DNA from: Moniliella sp. 'wahieum'
Taxonomy: Eukaryota
NCBI GenBank assembly: GCA_003971905.1
Contig: RSEE01000042.1
Coordinates: forward strand, 248,001-312,000
Direction of reading: 5' to 3'
DNA: 64,000 bases
A program made the position numbers and the translations under genes. Below, piece by piece: positions 61,565-64,000 of the stretch. Position 1 is the first letter of the stretch. Each line of letters begins with the position of its first letter. The notes under the pieces are model-generated. The model ran no database searches and was not told the DNA's origin. It was given only the letters and a program-made list of their open reading frames with translations.

Positions 61565-62593
61565 TTAGGACGGAGGCGCATGCGCCCCATGCACACGCAC
61601 CATCGGTGCCGGCGCCTGCGCGCCGACGGGCCAGGGGTGCATGCCCCACGGGGCGAATGCGGTGTGGCGGGCGGCGGGGCAGGGTGGGCATGGCGGAGGC
61701 GGTGGGTACGCATGGGCGGGCACGTAGCCCTGGTACGTGCCCGGCCGGGACCGGGGCCAGGCGCCGGGGCCAAGTACGGTTGGGTGGGAAGGATGGGGTA
61801 CCCGTGCACCGGGCTCGGATGCACCGTTTCGCCCTTCGTACTCGCTTGCCCGGGTCGGGCGCTGCCGTGCCGGTAGCCCGGCGCTTGCCTGGTTCCTGTG
61901 CCTGCGCCGCCGCCGCCACGCCCGGGGGGGTTCCAACGGCGACCCCGGCTCCGAGTCGGGCGCGTTGCAGATGGATTGAATCAGGTCTTGGCCTTGGGGC
62001 GTGGTGACGAGCGGACGCAGTTGGGCGTCGAAAAGGTGTAGACCAAGCCGGACGAACTGACAATCAGCAGCAGCACATGGCTGCCGGTGAGCAGGGCAAG
62101 TTCGTACGCCTGTGCAGCGCGGACAAAGCCACGTTGACGGGCGAGGTGGCAGTGGCAGTGGCAGTGGCAAGTGTTAGTACACACCCACCTGGGAAAACCG
62201 GAACCTAGGCCAGAAGGTGGACGTACCTTTTTCATCAGACCCCATTTGCGCTTGCTAAAGGCAATGTGGCGCTTGGTATCGTCCTCAATAAAGGCCATCG
62301 TGATCGGGCGGCGACCAGTGGCCTTGTCGTCGTCGTCGTCGTCGTCGACCTCTGGCTCCTCTTCATCCACAACTTCGCTCTCGCCGTCGGCACGACCGGC
62401 CTGGGCCGTCTTGCTCGGTGAACGAGGCGCGGCCGGGGCAGAGGGGGCGGTGTCGGCCGAGTATCGAGGGCAAGGAGACGGACTTGTTCGTCGGTGGCGG
62501 GACGGAGGGTGCCGTAGGGCGTCTGGTACGCGCCGTCGGGTAAGGGCGTGACTGTGGCGGGCACTGGGGACGCAGAGGGGAGGCAGTGGACAT
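61565..62593 (-). CDS. SRF-type MADS-box transcription factor (Mcm1-like); intron 62110-62226; frameshifts
   Basis: Acidic run then GRRPITMAFIEDDTKRHIAFSKRKWGLMKK|AYELALLTGSHVLLLIVSSSGLVYTFSTPQLRPLVTTPQGQDLIQSICNAPD, Pro/His/Tyr-rich tail. Confidence 0.9.
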
Positions 62594-63510
62594 GGCGGGT
62601 GGTGGGCAGAGGGAGCGGGGCGGGCGAAGAGGAATGGGTAATGGACCCGACGGGGTGCGGAAGGCGGGCCAGGGCGTGTGGGACGGCGTGGCAGCCAGGG
62701 CGTTGTACCTTGTACGCAGAGATCGACGCTGGGCGAGGGGGCTGCTCTGATTGACTGTGGATGCTGGCGCTGGCCTGCCTGGGTTGCGTCTGGGGCAGCG
62801 TCGATCATCGATCATCCAGCGTGTTGGTGGCTGGGGGTGCTGGACGAGGGTGCGCCACGGTGGCGCCTGGACGCGCACTGTGCCCCCGTGGCGGGGGGGG
62901 GAGGGCGGCCGACATGCCAGACCATTGATTCATTGGCATCGAAGACCCCCGCCCAGGCCTCCGCCGTCCCCCTGGCTGTCCCGTGCCAGAGGCGGCTGGC
63001 TGCGCTGAGTGCGCCCCATGTCCACACGCCCCACTGTCACCCATCACCCCATCACACTCGCCTGCCTTCCCGCCTTCCGCTTCCGGCTGCGCTCTGCACT
63101 CGGCACGGCCAGCCGCGCTTCCTCGTTTCCACACGCAGCGGAGCGGCACGATTTCAATGCTGCGGCTGCGTGTTTCAATGTTCAGAGTGGCCCGCGCGCA
63201 CGTGGCAGGCTCCGTGAGCTCAGCCAGCGCTCAGCTCCGTCGGGCTGTCTGCGCACGGCATGCAATCTGCATGCGCAGGCTCAGCGCTGAGGCTCAGCAG
63301 CAGCCCAGCACAGCCGCGCTTACTCACCAGCCGCCCGATAGGCACGGCGGAGCACATGGGCTGACGTCAGCGGCGTCAGGTGGGGGCTCGCCGCGCTGGC
63401 CTGGGCTGCGGCTGCGCTGCTGGCTCGGCTGGCTGCATCGCCCGCGCCAGCGCTTCCCTCAGCAGCCACAGCAGGCCGCACGCGTGGCTCTTGGGTCTGT
63501 GCTGCCATCC

Positions 63511-64000
63511 ATGTCCCAGTCGTAGTCTCCGCCCGCCCACCCCACCCCATCTGCCCATCTGACCCCCCCCCCCCGCCGCCAGCTCGACAGCACGTCCGCG
63601 CCGCCACCAAGCCCAACGGGCGTGCGCCCAAGCCCAGCACATCGACCCCCTCCTCGCCCACACCTTCTCCCGTGACCGCGACCTCCGCGACCTCGTCCAT
63701 GCCCTCGCTTCCCGTCTCTCCGACCGCGACCCCGAGGTCGCCTTCAAGACGCTCATCGTCATCCACACCCTCGTCCGCAACGGCGGCGTCGAAGAGGCCT
63801 CTCCACCGTCGCCGGGGGGATTGCGCCCAACAACTCAAGGCCTTGGCCGGCCGCGGCGGCTATGGCGGCGCGTCGCGCGGGGCCACCGCGTACGCTTCAC
63901 TCGTCCGCAGCTACGCGACCTACCTAGACGATCGCGTGCGCGCCTATAAGGAGCTCCATCACGACGTCATCGTGTCTCTGACACGGACCGCGCAGGCGCG
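63511..64000 (+). CDS. ANTH-domain clathrin adaptor (AP180/Yap180-like), 5' part, runs off the window
   Basis: MSQS-intron-LDSTVRAATKP...HIDPLLAHT...LVHALASRL.DRDPEVAFKTLIVIHTLVRNG...LVRSYATYLDDRVRAYKELHHDVI. Confidence 0.8.

Noticed and set aside
62146..62169. (GTGGCA)x4 repeat
   Set aside because: Ordinary intronic microsatellite within the MADS gene.
1..64000. Transposons, mating-type locus, secondary-metabolite cluster or telomerase RNA template
   Set aside because: No transposase/RT/integrase motifs, LTR/TIR pairs, homeodomain or pheromone-receptor genes, convincing CAAX micro-ORF, PKS/NRPS or 1.5x CCCTAA template were seen.

Overview
Eukaryotic, GC-rich, intron-sparse fungal genomic DNA. 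It is most likely a basidiomycete, possibly a smut/Ustilaginomycotina-like yeast (inferred from an MP88-type mannoprotein, a basidiomycete-style Gcn4 bZIP and low intron density). About 24 protein-coding genes and 2 intron-containing tRNAs (Gln-UUG, Ala-CGC) are readable. They include a class I glutamine amidotransferase, eIF3h, TFIIA-gamma, a C2H2 TF, PPT1, a long coiled-coil protein, RPS26, RAD23, pirin, an HSF-type TF, COX18/OXA1, EAF, a Zn2Cys6 TF, an MP88-like GPI protein, SSN3/CDK8, MsrB, RRP7, AP-1 mu, a securin candidate, a Gcn4/CPC-1-like bZIP, an MCM1-like MADS protein and an ANTH protein. Nearly every gene, including essential ones, has single-base frameshifts, often at homopolymers. 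These are best read as uncorrected long-read errors, so CDS boundaries are approximate. No transposon, CRISPR or prokaryotic system is supported. The most notable observations are three. (1) A pervasive non-coding 'grammar' of palindromic hexamers (A-xxxx-T) chained by one base into 7-bp-period arrays centred on TGA/TCA. (2) A probable securin recognisable only by short motifs. (3) A Gcn4-like gene with a two-uORF leader and a possible non-AUG extension.
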